From Squalus acanthias (Eukaryota): a stretch of DNA of 63,842 nucleotides. Numbering within the stretch: position 1 is the stretch's first letter; each line of letters opens with the position of its first letter. The stretch covers positions 111,602,001 to 111,665,842 of the forward strand of contig CM059432.1 in assembly GCA_030390025.1 (NCBI GenBank), read 5' to 3'. The notes beneath the pieces were generated by a model. It worked only from the letters and a program-made list of their open reading frames with translations. It had not been told where the DNA came from and did no database searches. A program made the position numbers and the translations under genes. This document shows positions 26,420 through 39,840 of the stretch, piece after piece.

Positions 26420-26715
26420 ATATGTTCTGTCTGACTAATCTAGTTGAATTTTTTGAGGAAGTCACTAACACGGTGGATAAGCAATTGTCTATAGATGTTA
26501 TCTATATGGACCTCCAAAAGGTATTTGATAAGGTTCCGCACAAGAGATTATTAGCAAAAATGAAAGTGCACGGAATTGGAGGCAACCTTGCAACATGGTT
26601 TGGGACATTGGTTGGGAGGTAGGAGACAGAGAGTAAGGATAAAACTGATGTACTCTGATTGGTGGGCTGTGATGAGTGGTACCCCAGGGATCTGTACTGG
26701 GACCTCAGCTTTACC
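26420..26715 (+). mobile_element. Old CR1 RT fragment
   Basis: CLTNLVEFFEEVT...DVIYMDLQKVFDKVPHKRL in ORF 26422-26622. Confidence 0.85.
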
Positions 26716-28329
26716 AAAAAAATATTGACTCACCTTTTTACAGGTTCTATCTAGGAAGTTTGCAAAGAAAGAATCAGATTTGTTCTCCAAAGAGCTTAAA
26801 AATACCCAAGTGAATTGACGGTATAAATGCCTGGCTAGTGCATGGTATCTGCAGCCTCTCGACTCCCAGCAACTCCTATTCTGTGATTCTGTGAGTCTGT
26901 CAGCAAACTGCTTACAGTAGCGTTTCCAGTATTCAGTAACGGGAACGACAAAAAACATCCAAAACATAATCTACTCAGGAAGCTCTTGTCTAAAGTTCTT
27001 CAAGAAGCCCATAATTGTTCATCAAAACTGTCAGTACTCTGGGCTATAATTAACTGGAACTTTCTGTAACTAGTTCAGGGAAATTATGGTTTCCTTACAT
27101 CAGCTGGTTAAAGTTTTCTGCACACCAACCCTGTAACACTATTGGTACCTGTATGATACATTGTATTCCCTTGAGTATAAATGATTAATGGGTGATCTAA
27201 TTGAGATGTTTTTTAAACAGGCAGGCACAATGCACAGTGACAGGAATGGTCAGCTGTGACCTAAAACTTGGCTGCACCTCCTTGCAGGAATGCTACAATA
27301 GTGAGCAATGGGAGATGTGCTGTGAGTGGCATAGAGGGCTAATCTCCTCACAAGCACCTCATGCAGAAATACCTGCTCTTCAGCAGCCATCAACAATGGT
27401 AAAGTGCAGGGCTGCTCAGTCACATCTGCACCTTGGGTTTCCTTTCCCTTCATTTTTTTCTGTCACTTTTTAATCTTCAGCCTTGGCAAAAGCTGCTAAT
27501 AGTTAAAGCTTCCTTCTGAGTTTTTCTCCCTATACTGATGCTCCTCTTTAATTGTCCCCTTCCCTTTAAATTTCACTTACCTGTAGTTTTCCACCTCCAC
27601 CACTAGTGTGCTTCTTGCATCCATCCAAATTGGCACCTCAAACTAAGTAAATGAGCTAACCTCAGAAAATTTGGGGCAAACAGCACACTTCAATTTGAAA
27701 CTGTCTAAAGGTCGCTACTAGCCATTTTCCCAGAGAATAGTGGAGCTGTGGGACAGGTTGTCGCTCGTGCGGTGAACACGAATTCACTGTCTCCCTTCAA
27801 GAAAGAGCTGGGCCTGTTTCTGGCTGGGGCGGAGATCATGTTGTACAAGAGGTAGGTTTCCTGTAATGTAAATCAGGGTCTCTGTGATCTCCTGGACTAG
27901 TCTCAATCGCCGAAAAAACCATTGTTGATGGCTGCAGAACTGAGAAATTTTCCAGATTTCTTTTCCTTAATTGGCCTGGGTTCTTAACTGGTTTTATGCC
28001 TCTCCCAGGAGTTTACATAGCTACAGATGAGTTGGAAGTGTCTATGATGCACCTGATATAACAACTGAATGAGACAGGCTAGATAGACTAATGGGTCTTT
28101 TCCTCTCCATCATTTTTGTATGTTGGTATTTCTGTCTAAGCTGCATCCATATCAGAAGTTCTGAGCTATTCTCGCTAAGTACAGCTACAGTACTCTTGTA
28201 TTCTCGCTAAGTACAGCTACAGTACTCTTGTATTGGATATAAACAAGGATCAGTCTCAGTGCAATTTACTGATTGCATAAACATTCGTTTGACTGCGTTT
28301 TGTAAACGTTATGAAAAACTAAAACCTAC

Positions 28330-29105
28330 TGGTTATTAAATGGTGATAAACTAGTACCTGTGGAGGAGCAGGGAGATTTGGGGTCCATATACACAACTCA
28401 CTAAAAGCTAGTGGACAGGTACAACAAGCAATTAAAAAAGGCTAATGGAATGTTGGCCTTTATCACAAGGGGGCTGGAATACAAAGAGGAGGAAGTGATG
28501 CTTCAGTTATATACAGCCTTGTTCAGACTCCATCTGGAATCACTGCATTCAGTGCTGGGCACCACCCCTCAGGAAGGATACATTGGCCTTGGAGAGGGTG
28601 CAGCGCAGATTCATCAGAATGATACCGGGGCTAAAAGGGTGACATTTTGAGGACAGGTTGAACTTGGCTTCCATTCCCTTGAGTGTAGAAGATTCAGGGG
28701 TGATCTAATTGAGGTGTTTAAAATTATAAAATGAATCGATAGATTAGCTAAATAGCAACTATTTCCCCTGGTGGGGGAGTCCAGAACAAGGGGGCATAAT
28801 GTTAAAATTAGAGCTAGGCTGTTCAGGAGAGAAATCAGGAAGCACTTCTTCACACAAAGGTTAGTAGAGATCTGGAACTCTCTCCCCTAACAGGCTGTGG
28901 ATGCTGCGTCAATTGAAACTTCCAAGACTAAGGTCGATAGATTTTTGTTAGGCAAGGGTATCAAGTGATATGGATATATGCTTCAAAGGCGGGTAAATGG
29001 GGTCTAGGTACAGATCAGCCATGATCTAATTGAAAGGCGGAACAGGCTTGATGGGCTGAATGTTCCACTCCTGTTCCTACATTCCTATTTTCCTATTTCC
29101 TATTT
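28330..29105 (+). mobile_element. CR1 LINE 3' fragment
   Basis: KKANGMLAFITRGLEYK motif; 3' UTR GATCAGCCATGATCTAATTGAA and a TTCCTAT-type tail. Confidence 0.85.
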
Positions 29106-30320
29106 ACTGATCAGCTTCTACTGTACATTTCTACAGGGTCTGCCAAAGCAAAGAGCAGCAGTATTGACAGTTCCTTTTTTTGGGGGAGGTGTGTGTGAAA
29201 GGAGGAGATATACCATCACCCCACGGCTAGGGAGAAGACAAACTAGCGAATGGACCCGGAGCAGGATAAGTAGTCTGACATCTCAAGATAGTACAGTACA
29301 TTAACTTTGATACCGGCATGACACATGTACCAGTGTCGACTTCCAAACAGAGTGTACTATACATGATGTTAGCCTCCCCAGTTCTAAGCTTTGATAAAGT
29401 AACAGAATAACAAAAAAAAAACACAGCTTGGCATAAGAATTCAACTTTGGAGTTTCTTGTTTAGAAGGCCCAAGATTTGGAATGTCATGAAGTTGAAAGG
29501 TGAGGCGGGACTGCCATTACACTCCCTGGATCACTAGTGTAAAGCTGTACCTCCACTAGATCAGACGCAATAAGCTGTGCACTCACCAGTACAACATCAG
29601 GAATTAGAGCATCTGTTCTTTGACCGTCCATTGGGATGTGATCCAGCCAGGCTTCCAGATTGTGTGTTGCATGAAAGTGCTGGGCATTGTTTAATGCACA
29701 ACAGGTATTTTGCTTGTTGACTGACACTAATTGAACCTCGACATGTGCACCACTTGAAGGAAGGTAATCCCTAAATCCACTACAAACAGTTGCCATTAAT
29801 TTCCTGGGCGTGTTTCCCAATCAGTTGCCATCACTTCAGTGGAAGATCATCAGAAAGCCCGTTTATGTGTCAATCTGGGGTTTCCACCAAAGTTACGGTG
29901 GCTGATCTGGACAACCCTAGCCGGCGAGTGATTCTGGGCAACCATTCCCATATCTGCACAGATTGATAATGCATGGAATGGTGCAAAAATCCTGAGATTT
30001 TTAGAAACAAAAAGAGGCTCTTAGGCCCAACAAGCCCATCATTTTGGAGATTACGCCACAAATCACCTTCTCCCTTAATCCCTGCTCTCTCCAGAAGTAC
30101 ATCTTTTTTTCTTAATCCATTGATATAGTTTGTCTCAGTTGCCTTCACTAATAACTTATTTCACAAATCTTTCTACCCTTTGAGTAAAAAAAACTTCCAG
30201 CTGATGTCCTGATTTTAACTTTGGTCCCTTGGTATTGGCATTCTTCACCCTAATAATTCCCTTCATGAACTTGAAAATTTAATTAGATCACGTCAAAGTC
30301 TATTCTAACGAAAAGCCCAA

Positions 30321-31152
30321 GGCCTAGAAATTGGCCCACTTACCGGTATCCATTTGTGCCACGATCCGGTCTAAAAATTGCAGCTGCCACTCTCGCGCCC
30401 TTCTGTGGTGCGGGACTCGGCGAATGCCATCTTGGTGAGGGCCTTAGCACTGCCGATGGCAGTGCTAGCCCATGAGATTTAAATTCAGAGAGGGTGACAT
30501 CACATGCCGACTTAACGTCACCGCAGCAAACTTGAACCTTAGCGCTGATGTTCTTTCTGGAGGGCCTCCTGGCCTCTGTGGGTAGAGGACCTCTCTTGCA
30601 GTGTTGACCCTCTGCACAAAGCTGGAGTGCTGTGTACGAGACCCTGGGTGCGCCTTCCCTGGCTTGCTGAGCCATTTGTGTTAGTGCTGAAGCACTTTTC
30701 CCATTTTTTTAGGTGCAGAAGGAAATTCAGCTTTAAGAGCTGAAGACTCCCATTTGGGAATACTTTTTAATGTAAATTTTTTTTCAGAAGGTAGTTGAGC
30801 TGTAGTGGCTGAAAGCTGCATAATTATGACATCATTTTTATCTTGATCATTTAAGAAGGCATTGCCCTTTGAAGAAAATGGCAATGCATTGCCCTTTTAA
30901 GATCCCACAATGCTTTGCGAAATCAGAGGCTGTTTGAAGCTGCAACGCTGCTTGTGGACACCACATTGGGGCCTGATGCCGGGGCGAACACCACCAGGAG
31001 GGCGTTACACGGTGAGTTTAGCGCTGGGCTAATAATCATTAGTCCCCAGCGCCAATTTTTCAGACCTACCAGTGCCTCCATTTTTAGCAGGCCGTTAACC
31101 CATGGCCGGAGTGGCACCGGCAGCTTTCGTGTCACACTGAAATTTTTAGCCC
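30321..31152 (-). mobile_element. Harbinger family B MITE (internal-deletion derivative)
   Basis: TIRs GGCCTAGAAATT / AATTTTTAGCCC, flanks CAA / TAA; both ends align with 60571-62730; retains the start of a Myb-like ORF (MAQQAREGAPRVS, 30675 downward). Confidence 0.75.
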
Positions 31153-31996
31153 TAATTTTCTTAAACTTTCCTCATGACTTAAATTTTTGATACCTGGTCA
31201 AAGTGGCTCTGAATTTTTATGCCATCGGCTCCTTTCAAGCAGCTACTGGGGACATCGCCAATATCTCCCAGTTTGCGGTCCATTGCTGTATCCGTCAGGT
31301 CACAATTGCCCTCTATAAAAGGAGACGTCAGTACATCGCTTTCCCGATGACCCGGGCCAAACAGCATGAACGCGCATTGGGCTTTGCGAGGATAGCGGGC
31401 TTCTCATAGTGCAGGGCGCCATTGACTGCACGCATGTGGCATTGCGGGCACCGCCTGAGAATGCAGAGGTTTTCCGAAACCGCAAGGGGTTCCACTCCTT
31501 AAATGTCCAGTTGGCCTGTGACCACAGACAGCTGATACTCGGTGTCAATGCCCACTATCCTGGCAGCAGCCACGATAATTTCATCCTGCGCCAGACTGGT
31601 GTGCCAAAGCTTTTGCAGGCAGCGCATCAGCCAATTGGTTGGCTCCTCGGAGACAAGGGTTTTCCACTCTGCACCTGGCTGATGACACCGCTCCGTAACC
31701 CAAACACCCCTGCTGAGCTGCGGTACAACGAGAGCCATCTCGCCACCAGGAACATTATTGAGCAGACAATCGGCGTGCTCAAGCAACAGTTCCGCTGTCT
31801 GGACCACTCAGGAGGAGCCCTGCAGTACTCGCCTGAGCGAGTCTCCCTCTTCATAGTTGTTTGCTGCATTCTTCATAACCTTGCAATCCTCAGGACCCAG
31901 CCAATGCCACCAGGCCTTGGTGCACCACCGGAGGAGGAGGAAGAGGAGGAGGATGATCAGCAGCAGCACCAAGGCGGGAGGGAGGCCCACAATGTT

Positions 31997-33873
31997 AGAG
32001 TCATAGGGGGAAAATTGAGTCGCACCTCCTTTGGGGCGCTAACTTCGCCGGGGTGCTACTTTTAGCGCCCCATAAAAATTAGCGCCCCTGCGCCGGAAAT
32101 TGAGTGGTTGCGCCCCAAGAGGGAAGCGGGGTGCTACTAGAAACGCCCCGCATCCCTCTTGGGGCGCTGTGAGTCAATATCGTGGCGCTACGTGCTGCAG
32201 CACCAGGCGCTGCGGCACGTCGCACCGCGGTATTCCAGGCCTTTATCCCCTTCTTAAAGGGGAGGGGCATTGTGCAGCGCGAACCGGGGCCCAGCTGGGC
32301 CCCCGGGGATCGGGAGTGCCGGCAAAAGAGCCCGGCACTCAAGAGAAGTGCCAGGCTCTTGGAGCGCAGCCTGGCACTTCGCTGGGGGGGGGGCTTCACG
32401 GGGGCTGGGGACAGCAACGGGGGCAGGTGCTGGCAGGCAGCCAGCAACAAAAATGGCCGCCAGCCACCTCCCCTTTAACTAGCGCCGCCCCGGCCGCAGG
32501 TAGGCCCCCCGTGACCCCGTCAGACATAGCGTCCGGCGGTAAGTCAAGGGGCGCTACCGAAGATCGCGGCCGGAGCGCGAGCGGGGCGCTGCGCATGACG
32601 ATGACGTCATCGCCGGCGGCGCAGCGCCACAGGGCGCTACCAGTTAGCGCCGCCTGCTAACCTCCCGCTGAATTTCAGGGTAGGCATGGGTGGCACCGCA
32701 CCCGGACGCTATTTGCTTTGCGCCCCATTAGCGCCCACTTAAGGCACTAACGGGAGGCGCAAACCAACTGAATTTTTCCCCCATAGAGTTGTACAGCACA
32801 GAAAGAGGCCCTTCGGCCCATCGTGTCCGTGCCGGCCATCAAGCCCTGTCTATTCTAATCCCATTTTTCCAGCACTTGGTCCGTAGCCTTGTATGCTATG
32901 GCATTTCAAGTGCTCATCTAAATGCTTCTTGAATGTTGTGAGGGTTCCTGCCTCTACCACCCTTTCAGGCAGTGAGTTCCAGATTCCAACCACCCTCTGG
33001 GTGAAAAAGTTTTTCCTCAAATCCCCTCTAAACCTCCTGCCCCTTACCTTGAAACTATGCCCCCTGGTTATTGACCCCTCTACTAAGGGGAAAAGTTCCT
33101 TTCTATTTACCCTATCTATGCCCCTCATAATTTTGTACACCTCAATCAGGTCCCCCCTCAGCCTTCTCTGCTCTAAGGAAAACAACCCCAGCCTGTCCAA
33201 TCTCTCTTCATAGCTGAAACGCTCCAGCCCAGGTAACATCCTGGTGAATCTCCTCTACACCCTCTCCAATGCAATCACATCCTTTCTATAGTGTGGCGAC
33301 CAGAACTGCACACAGTATTCCAGCTGTGGCCTAACTAGCGTTTTGTACAGCTCCATCATAACCTCCCTGCTCTTATATTCTATGCCTCAGCTAATGAAGG
33401 CAAGTATCCCATATGCCTTTTTAACCTCCTTATCTACCTGTCCTGCTGCCTTCAGGGATCTATGTACATGCACACCAAGGTCCCTCTGATCCTCTGTCCT
33501 TCCTAGGGTCCTACCATTCATTGTGTATTCCCTTGCCTTGTTTGTCCTCCCAAAATGCATCACCTCACACTTTTCAGGGTTAAATTCCATTTGCCACTGT
33601 TCTGCCCATCTAACCATCCTGTCTATATCGTCCTGTAGACTGAGGCTTCCCTCCTCGCTATTTACCACTCCACCAATTTTCGTGTCATCTGTGAACTTAC
33701 TGATCATACCTCCTACATTCACATCTAAATCATTAATGTACACTACAAACAGCAAGGGACACAGTACCGATCCCTGCGGTACACCACTGGACACAGGCTT
33801 CCAGTCACAAAAACAACCTTCGACCATCACCCTCTGCCTCCTGCCACTAAGCCAATTTTGGATCCAATGTGCC
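31997..33873 (-). mobile_element. 5'-truncated CR1 LINE inserted into the transposase gene (contains the MITE in its tail)
   Basis: ORFs 33387-33986 and 32850-33239 (GVPQGSVL, FTDDTKIG, RLRGDLIEVYKI); flanking repeat ATGTT at 31992-31996 and 33874-33878; (TAGAGTCA)n tail. Confidence 0.92.
32006..32782. mobile_element. 777-bp Harbinger family A MITE
   Basis: TIRs GGGGGAAAATT / AATTTTTCCCCC; ATA TSD (32003-32005, 32783-32785); terminal ~65 bp almost identical to the right end of 51961-56177; GC- and CpG-rich. Confidence 0.92.
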
Positions 33874-34103
33874 ATGTTGAGACTGCAAGGGCCGTCCGTC
33901 AAAGACTGATAACAAGCCGCTTCTAGGCCTCTACTCAGGAAATGGCTTCTGGCATGGAGAACAACATGATGGAAAGCAACCCGCAACCCCTATAGCCAGC
34001 CAAGGCAGCAATGATTCCAAAGGCAAGACATGTACATTTTGGATACAATAACTTTTTTATTTTACAAACTCTGTGTGTGTCATTTATTCATGAATGCTGA
34101 ATG

Positions 34104-35730
34104 TCAGATCCTGAGACTACAGATGCCCTTGAAGGACGCCCTCGACCAGCTCTGGGCCTGCAGGGCCCTGGCTGCAGACTGCACCAACTCTGCATGGGCG
34201 GCAGCAGTCTGGGCTACAGGCGGTGGCAAGTGTAATGGGGACGTGACAGTGGTGGCAGCAGGAATGCTGTCATCTTGAGAGAGGACAGCAACTCCTTGCT
34301 CGACCGACACACTGGCACTCCCACGGGGCAGCACCTCAGCATCCGGAGCAATCTGCTGGAGCACAGATTGCTGGTCTGCTGCGGTGCGGTCAGAGCCCCG
34401 GGGAAATGTGTCCGAACCAGTGACAATGGCAGCAGTCAGTGCTTGCGTTGCCTCAATCTGAGTCTGCATGAGAGCAGTCTGAGATTGGATCGCAGCAGCC
34501 AGTGACTGAATTGCAGCACTAAGCCGTTCCGTTGCGTTGGCCTGTGCTACAGCGAAGTGCTCCACACTCCTTGCCAGTCCATCAATGCATTCGGGCATCC
34601 TTCCCACTGCACCCATGAGCTGAGTGTGCATGTCCACCACCTGGGTGTTCATTTCAGCGATGAGCCACTCCTCCTCTGTGTCCAGTGCAGCAGGACTCGC
34701 TGGCCTACTCTCCCTCCGGGGAGAAGGCCCCCGAGCTTCCCTAGCCACATCGCGTTGCTGCAGCCCGCTGGGTCCCGGAGCTTCACCCTCATCAGACCCT
34801 TCCCCCCTGCTCCCCTCCAGGGAAGACGTGTTTCCAGTGTGGGCATAGGCTTCCTCGAGAGAGGGTGGTGCTGAATCTCTTGGCTTCCTCTTCCTCCTCG
34901 CCTGCGGCTTCGCTCCCACTGGCAGCTTGAGGGCCCGTCTCCTCAGCTGGTGAATCGCCATCTGAAAGCAGGGAGGTACAAGAGTGGCTTTAGAGTGAGG
35001 GCAGGGGGGCAGTAAGGGAGGAAGGAGTGGAGCGATTTAGTGAGTTGGACTGAAAGTGTCAAAGGCTGGTGTTGTGAGGGACAAGTGGAATGAGAGAGGA
35101 GAGAAAGCTGATGACCTTACCATTGCTGTCCCGAACGGGGTCGGCCTCTCCAGCTTGCCACAATCCTGTGGACGCGCGCCTCAAGATCACTATGGGGTTG
35201 CAGCTGAGGCCGCCCTCCACCCATCCATTGCTGCTGTCTCCTATTATGAGATAGCTTGGCCTGCAAGAAAAAGGACGGTGTCTGAGTAAATATGCAGCCA
35301 TGGTCTTGCCTGATGTGCCTCCCATAGTTGAATAGCCCTTACTGTATGCAAGATGTGGAATGTGCGTGTGTGTTTCATGAGAGGGCCATAGGTGTTGGAT
35401 GAGTGTTGGGCATTGGGGTTTTAAGACCCTCTGGCCATAGAGTGAGGTTGAGATGGAGGGATGGAGAGGTATTGAAAAGCAGCCACTCACCCTGACGACC
35501 CGAGTGAGATCGTTGAACTTTTTCTGACATTGAGTATGGGTCCTGGGCACCATGCTCCTGGAGGAGACGTGCTGAGCCACCTCCCTCCACACTCTTCTGT
35601 AGTCGCGCGGCAATGGCCTCCTGCCACTCTCAGGGTACAGTATTGCTCTTCGGCGCTCCACTGCGACAACCAGAGCCACCAGGGCTTGGTCGCTGAAGTG
35701 CTGAGCTCGTTCCCTGACTCTCTCCAGAGT
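34104..35730 (-). pseudogene. Harbinger Myb/SANT-like gene pseudogene (3 exons)
   Basis: Exons about 35727-35491, 35260-35121 and 34961 downward, with the same GT-AG junctions as the intact copy; ATG disrupted, exon 2 23 nt shorter, frameshifts in exon 3. Confidence 0.88.
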
Positions 35731-37064
35731 CCTTGGCTGAAAAATTTAGGCACAGGTCTATCCACGACGAGATTCAAGGCTCTAATGAGCAGGGTGTGGC
35801 TGGAGAGCAAGATCAAACCTCCCCTTTAAGAACTGGCTGGCACCAGTGTGTCTGTGTTCCATCGCTAACTGACATCACCTGCGCTGTACCTGTGCTCTGA
35901 GTTAGCGCCTCGCTCCTCAGCCTTTGCGCCTTAAGATAAGTGTGTAGCGTTTGATTTAGCGCTCCAATCACCTCCAGGGGCGACAAAAACCAAGTTTGCA
36001 GTCGGAGGCGATAATTAGCGCCAGGCACTAAATTTTGCGCCAGGCCGATAATTGCGCCACAAACGGGGCGATACCGAATTTCTCCCCCATAGAGTTTAAA
36101 TGTAATACTGTGCACTGTCAGGGTAATTTTATTCTGGGCACAATCTCTGGTGAAACCTTGTAATTCATAAAATGTTTCCAAAAAAGCAAAGAAAAATAGC
36201 AAACTTGAAAGGGTGGTTAATGGCACACTATATCATTGTACAGATGTTCTGTGCCATAGGATGTGGTTTTCTCTCCCCCACACCATTGCCCACATGATGC
36301 TTTCCAAGCGTGGAACAGAGGCAAGGAGTGACTCAAGAGAAAGAGGGAGAGCTAATGGATGAGTCAGCCTTCAGCACGCTTGTACACTTAGCATCAGCAG
36401 AGGTCAAGGCCTGCAGAACTGATTGTCCTCCTAACTTCTTGGTTGGGGGATGGCACGGGTACATTGAGAATGGGAGAGAGCAGCCTAACATATCAGTACA
36501 GCAACATGCTGTGCCATGTAGTAGGTAAAGCTGTATTCATACGTGGTTCCTGATCTTGGCTGAGCCATCAATAAAGCACAGAGATGAACGTAGACAGTTC
36601 CCAACTGAGAGAAAGGGAGAATTGGAGGCAGTCATCCTAACTGCTACTACTCTCAAGCCTTCCTTGCAACTGAATACAAAGTAGGAATGGTTTGAACCAG
36701 ACTAGGAAGCAGTTTTTCGACCAACTTTCTCAGCCTTAAAAGAATGGTACTTGGGATTTAGGAAAACCAAAAAGGAAAGAGAAAAATTAATTCAAATTAG
36801 ATTTTTCAAAATGTAATTTCAAAATAGTAATATTTATGTCCAGAATGCAAAGAATTTCACAGTTTTGCAACAAACTGTAAAAAATTTACCCCAACCTCAA
36901 TGTTTTGTATGGGGCGCATGTCATCCTAGCAATGAACTCCTTTACAAGCACGTGGCAAATCTTGAGAGAAGAATTGATTTAAATATAACCTTAGTGCCTG
37001 AGAATGTGTCCTTGGTAAAGGAACATTCTCATTATTCAGGTTGCCATTTGTAGGGGTAGTATCA

Positions 37065-39840
37065 TTGGCGACTTGGCGACTTCAACGCCAGAGTTGGAAA
37101 GGACACAGACCTCTGGGGAGATGTGATTGGCAGAGAGGGGGTAGGGAAAGCCAACTCCAACGGTACCCTCCTCCTTACGAAATGCTTAGATCATGGCCTT
37201 GTCATAACCAACACCTTGTTCCGTCAGAGAGACAAGTACAAGGCTTCATGGCAGCACCCTCGCTCCAAGCACTGGCATCTGCTGGACTACGTCATCGTCC
37301 GAGCGAGGGACCGCAAGGACATCTGCATCACCCGCGCCATGACAGGAGCTGACGACTGTTGGACAGACCACCGCCTAATCCGCTCTGTCATCTCCATCAA
37401 CGTAGCCCCAAAACAGTGGTGGCAACAGAAGCAATGCCACAGGAAAATCAACACTGGAGCACTCAAAGACCCTGCGAAGAAAGCCCTATTCAGCCTGCGC
37501 CTCACAAACAACCTGATGACTCCCAGTGATTCAGAGACACAGAGTGTCCACAGCACCTGGTCTACACTCAAGGCCTCCACAATCAGCACCTGTGAAGAGA
37601 CGCTCGGTCACTCGACCAAGAGACACCAAGACTGGTTTGACGAGAACGACCAGGAGATCCAGGAGCTAATAAGCCGCAAGCGCATGGCATTCCTGATCTG
37701 GAAACAGCAACAGAACTCGAGAGCAAGAAAGCAGCTCGACAGACGCCTGAAGGCCGAGGTCCAACAAAAAACTCGCGACCTAAAGAACAGATGGTGGGTG
37801 GAGAAAGCGCAGGAGATCCATCAGCTAGCCGACAACCACGACATGCGTGGATTCTTTAGCGCAGTCAAGACCATCTACGGCCCAAGCACCCAAGGTCCTA
37901 CCCCACCGCGGGCCAAGAATGGAGAGGTACTCATCAAGAACAGAGAGGCAGTCAGTGCCTGCTGGAAGGAGCACTTCGAAGATCTCCTTAACCGAGAATC
38001 TGTCTTCGACGCGAGTGTCCTCAACTCCATCCCGCAGCATGCTATCCACCACCACCTCAGCAGAACCCCAGCCCGGCATGAGGTTGAAAAGGCTATCTGA
38101 CAACTGAAGAACAACAAGGCCTCAGGAGCAGATGGAATCCCCGCCGAGGCGCTAAAACATGGCGGAGAAACACTATTGGCATGAATACATTAACTAATTT
38201 CTCTTATTTGGAAGGAGGAGAGCATGCCAGGGAATCTCAGAGACGCCATAATCATGACCATCTTCAAGAAAGGTGACAAGTCCGATTGCGGTAATTACAG
38301 AGGAGTCTCCCTGCTGTCTGCCACAGGGAAAGTCATCACAAGAATCCTCCTCAATCGCCTTCTCCCAGTGGCTGAAGAGCTCCTCCCAGAGTCGCAATGG
38401 GGATTCCACCCACTAAGGGGTACAATGGACATGATCTTCACCGCGCGTCAGTTGCAGGAGAAATGCAGGGAACAGCACCAACTGCTGTACATGGCTTTCT
38501 TTGACCTCACAAAGGCCTTCGACACCGTCAACCATGAGGGATTATGGAGTGTCCTCCTCAAATTCAGCTGCCCTCAAATGTTTGTCACCATCCTCCGCCT
38601 GCTTCACGACGACATGCAAGTCATGATCCTGACCAACGGATCCACCACAGACCCAATTCACGTATGGACCGGGGTCAAGCAAGGCTGTGTCATCGCACCA
38701 ACGCTCTTCTCAATCTTCCTGGCTGCAATGCTCCATCTCACCCTCAGTAAGCTCCCCACTGGAGTGGAGCTAAACTACAGAACAAACGGGAAACTGTTCA
38801 ACCTCCGTCACCTCCAGTCCAGATCCAAGGTTGTCCCATCCTCTGTCATTGAATTACAGTATGCAGACGACGCTTGCATCCGCACACACTCTGAGGCCGA
38901 ACTCCAAACCATCATCAACACCTTCACCGAAGCGTACGAGAGCATGGGCCTTACACTAAACATCCGTAAGACAAAGGTCCTCTACCAACCTGCCCCCGAC
39001 ACACAGTACTGCTCCCCGATTATCAAAATCCATGACGAGGCCTTGGACAACGTGGACCACTTTCCATACCTCGGGAGCCTGCTGTCAACAAGGGGAGACG
39101 TCGACGACTAAGTCCAACACCGCCTTCAGTGTGCCAGTGCAGCCTTCGGTCGCCTGAGGAAGAGAGTGTTTGAAGACCAGGACCTCAAACCCAGCACCAA
39201 GCTCATGGTCTACAGAGCAGTAGTGATACCCGCCCTCCTGTATGCTTCAGAGACATGGACCCTGTACAGTTGGCACCTCAAAGCACTGGAGAGGTACCAC
39301 CAACGCTGCCTCCGCAAGATCCTGCAAATCCATTGGCAGGATAGGCGCACCAACATCAGTGTTCTCGCTCAGGCCAGCATCCCCAGCATCGAAGATTTGA
39401 CCACGCTCGATCAGCTCCGATGGATGGGCCGCATCATCCACATGCCCGATACGAGACTCCCAATACAAGCGCACTACTCAGAGCTCCGACACGGCAAGAG
39501 AGCCCCAAGTGGGCAGTGGAAACACTTCAAGGACATCCTCAAAGCCTCCTTGAAAAAGTGCAACATCCCCACCGACACCTGGGAATCCCTGGCCCAAGAC
39601 CGTACAAAGTGGAGGAGAAGCATCCGGGAAGGCGCCGAACACCTCGAGTCTCTTCGCCGGGAGCAAGCGGAAGCCAAGCGCAAACAGCGGAAGGAGCGCA
39701 CGTCAACCCAAGCACCCCACCCACCCGCCCCTTCAACCACCGTCTGCCCCACCTGTGACAGAGACTGTAGGTCTCGCATTGAACTCATTTTTAGTGTGGA
39801 AGCAAGTCATCCTCGGTTCCGAGGGACTGCCTAAGAAGAA
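37065..39840 (+). mobile_element. RTE-clade LINE (RTE/BovB-like), 5'-truncated within the endonuclease, with nonsense mutations
   Basis: [60 protein letters not shown], terminal CPTC; in-frame stops near 38100, 38184 and 39111; AAG-repeat tail. Confidence 0.93.

Larger units (their letters stand above)
31196..33926 (+). pseudogene. Harbinger transposase pseudogene, split (31196-31996 and 33879-33926)
   Basis: GAIDCTHV, SHD, LLGDKGF and IIEQTIG motifs; frameshift near 31405; C-terminus ETARAVRQRLITSRF* resumes after the CR1 insertion. Confidence 0.92.
31196..36088 (+). mobile_element. Dead Harbinger family A copy (transposase end truncated; CR1 and MITE nested inside)
   Basis: Collinear in reverse with 51961-55365; TIR AATTTCTCCCCC ends at 36088, followed by ATA; transposase on +, Myb-like gene on -. 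Confidence 0.92.

Noticed and set aside
26551..26967. 138-aa minus-strand ORF with an AAG|GTGAGT donor near 26734
   Set aside because: No recognisable protein similarity or clear acceptor; the ORF runs into a CR1 fragment
28167..28234. 32-bp direct duplication
   Set aside because: Ordinary local slippage with no further structure
32079..32660. GC-rich ORFs or CpG-island promoter
   Set aside because: Interior of the MITE; ORFs in several frames reflect high GC content
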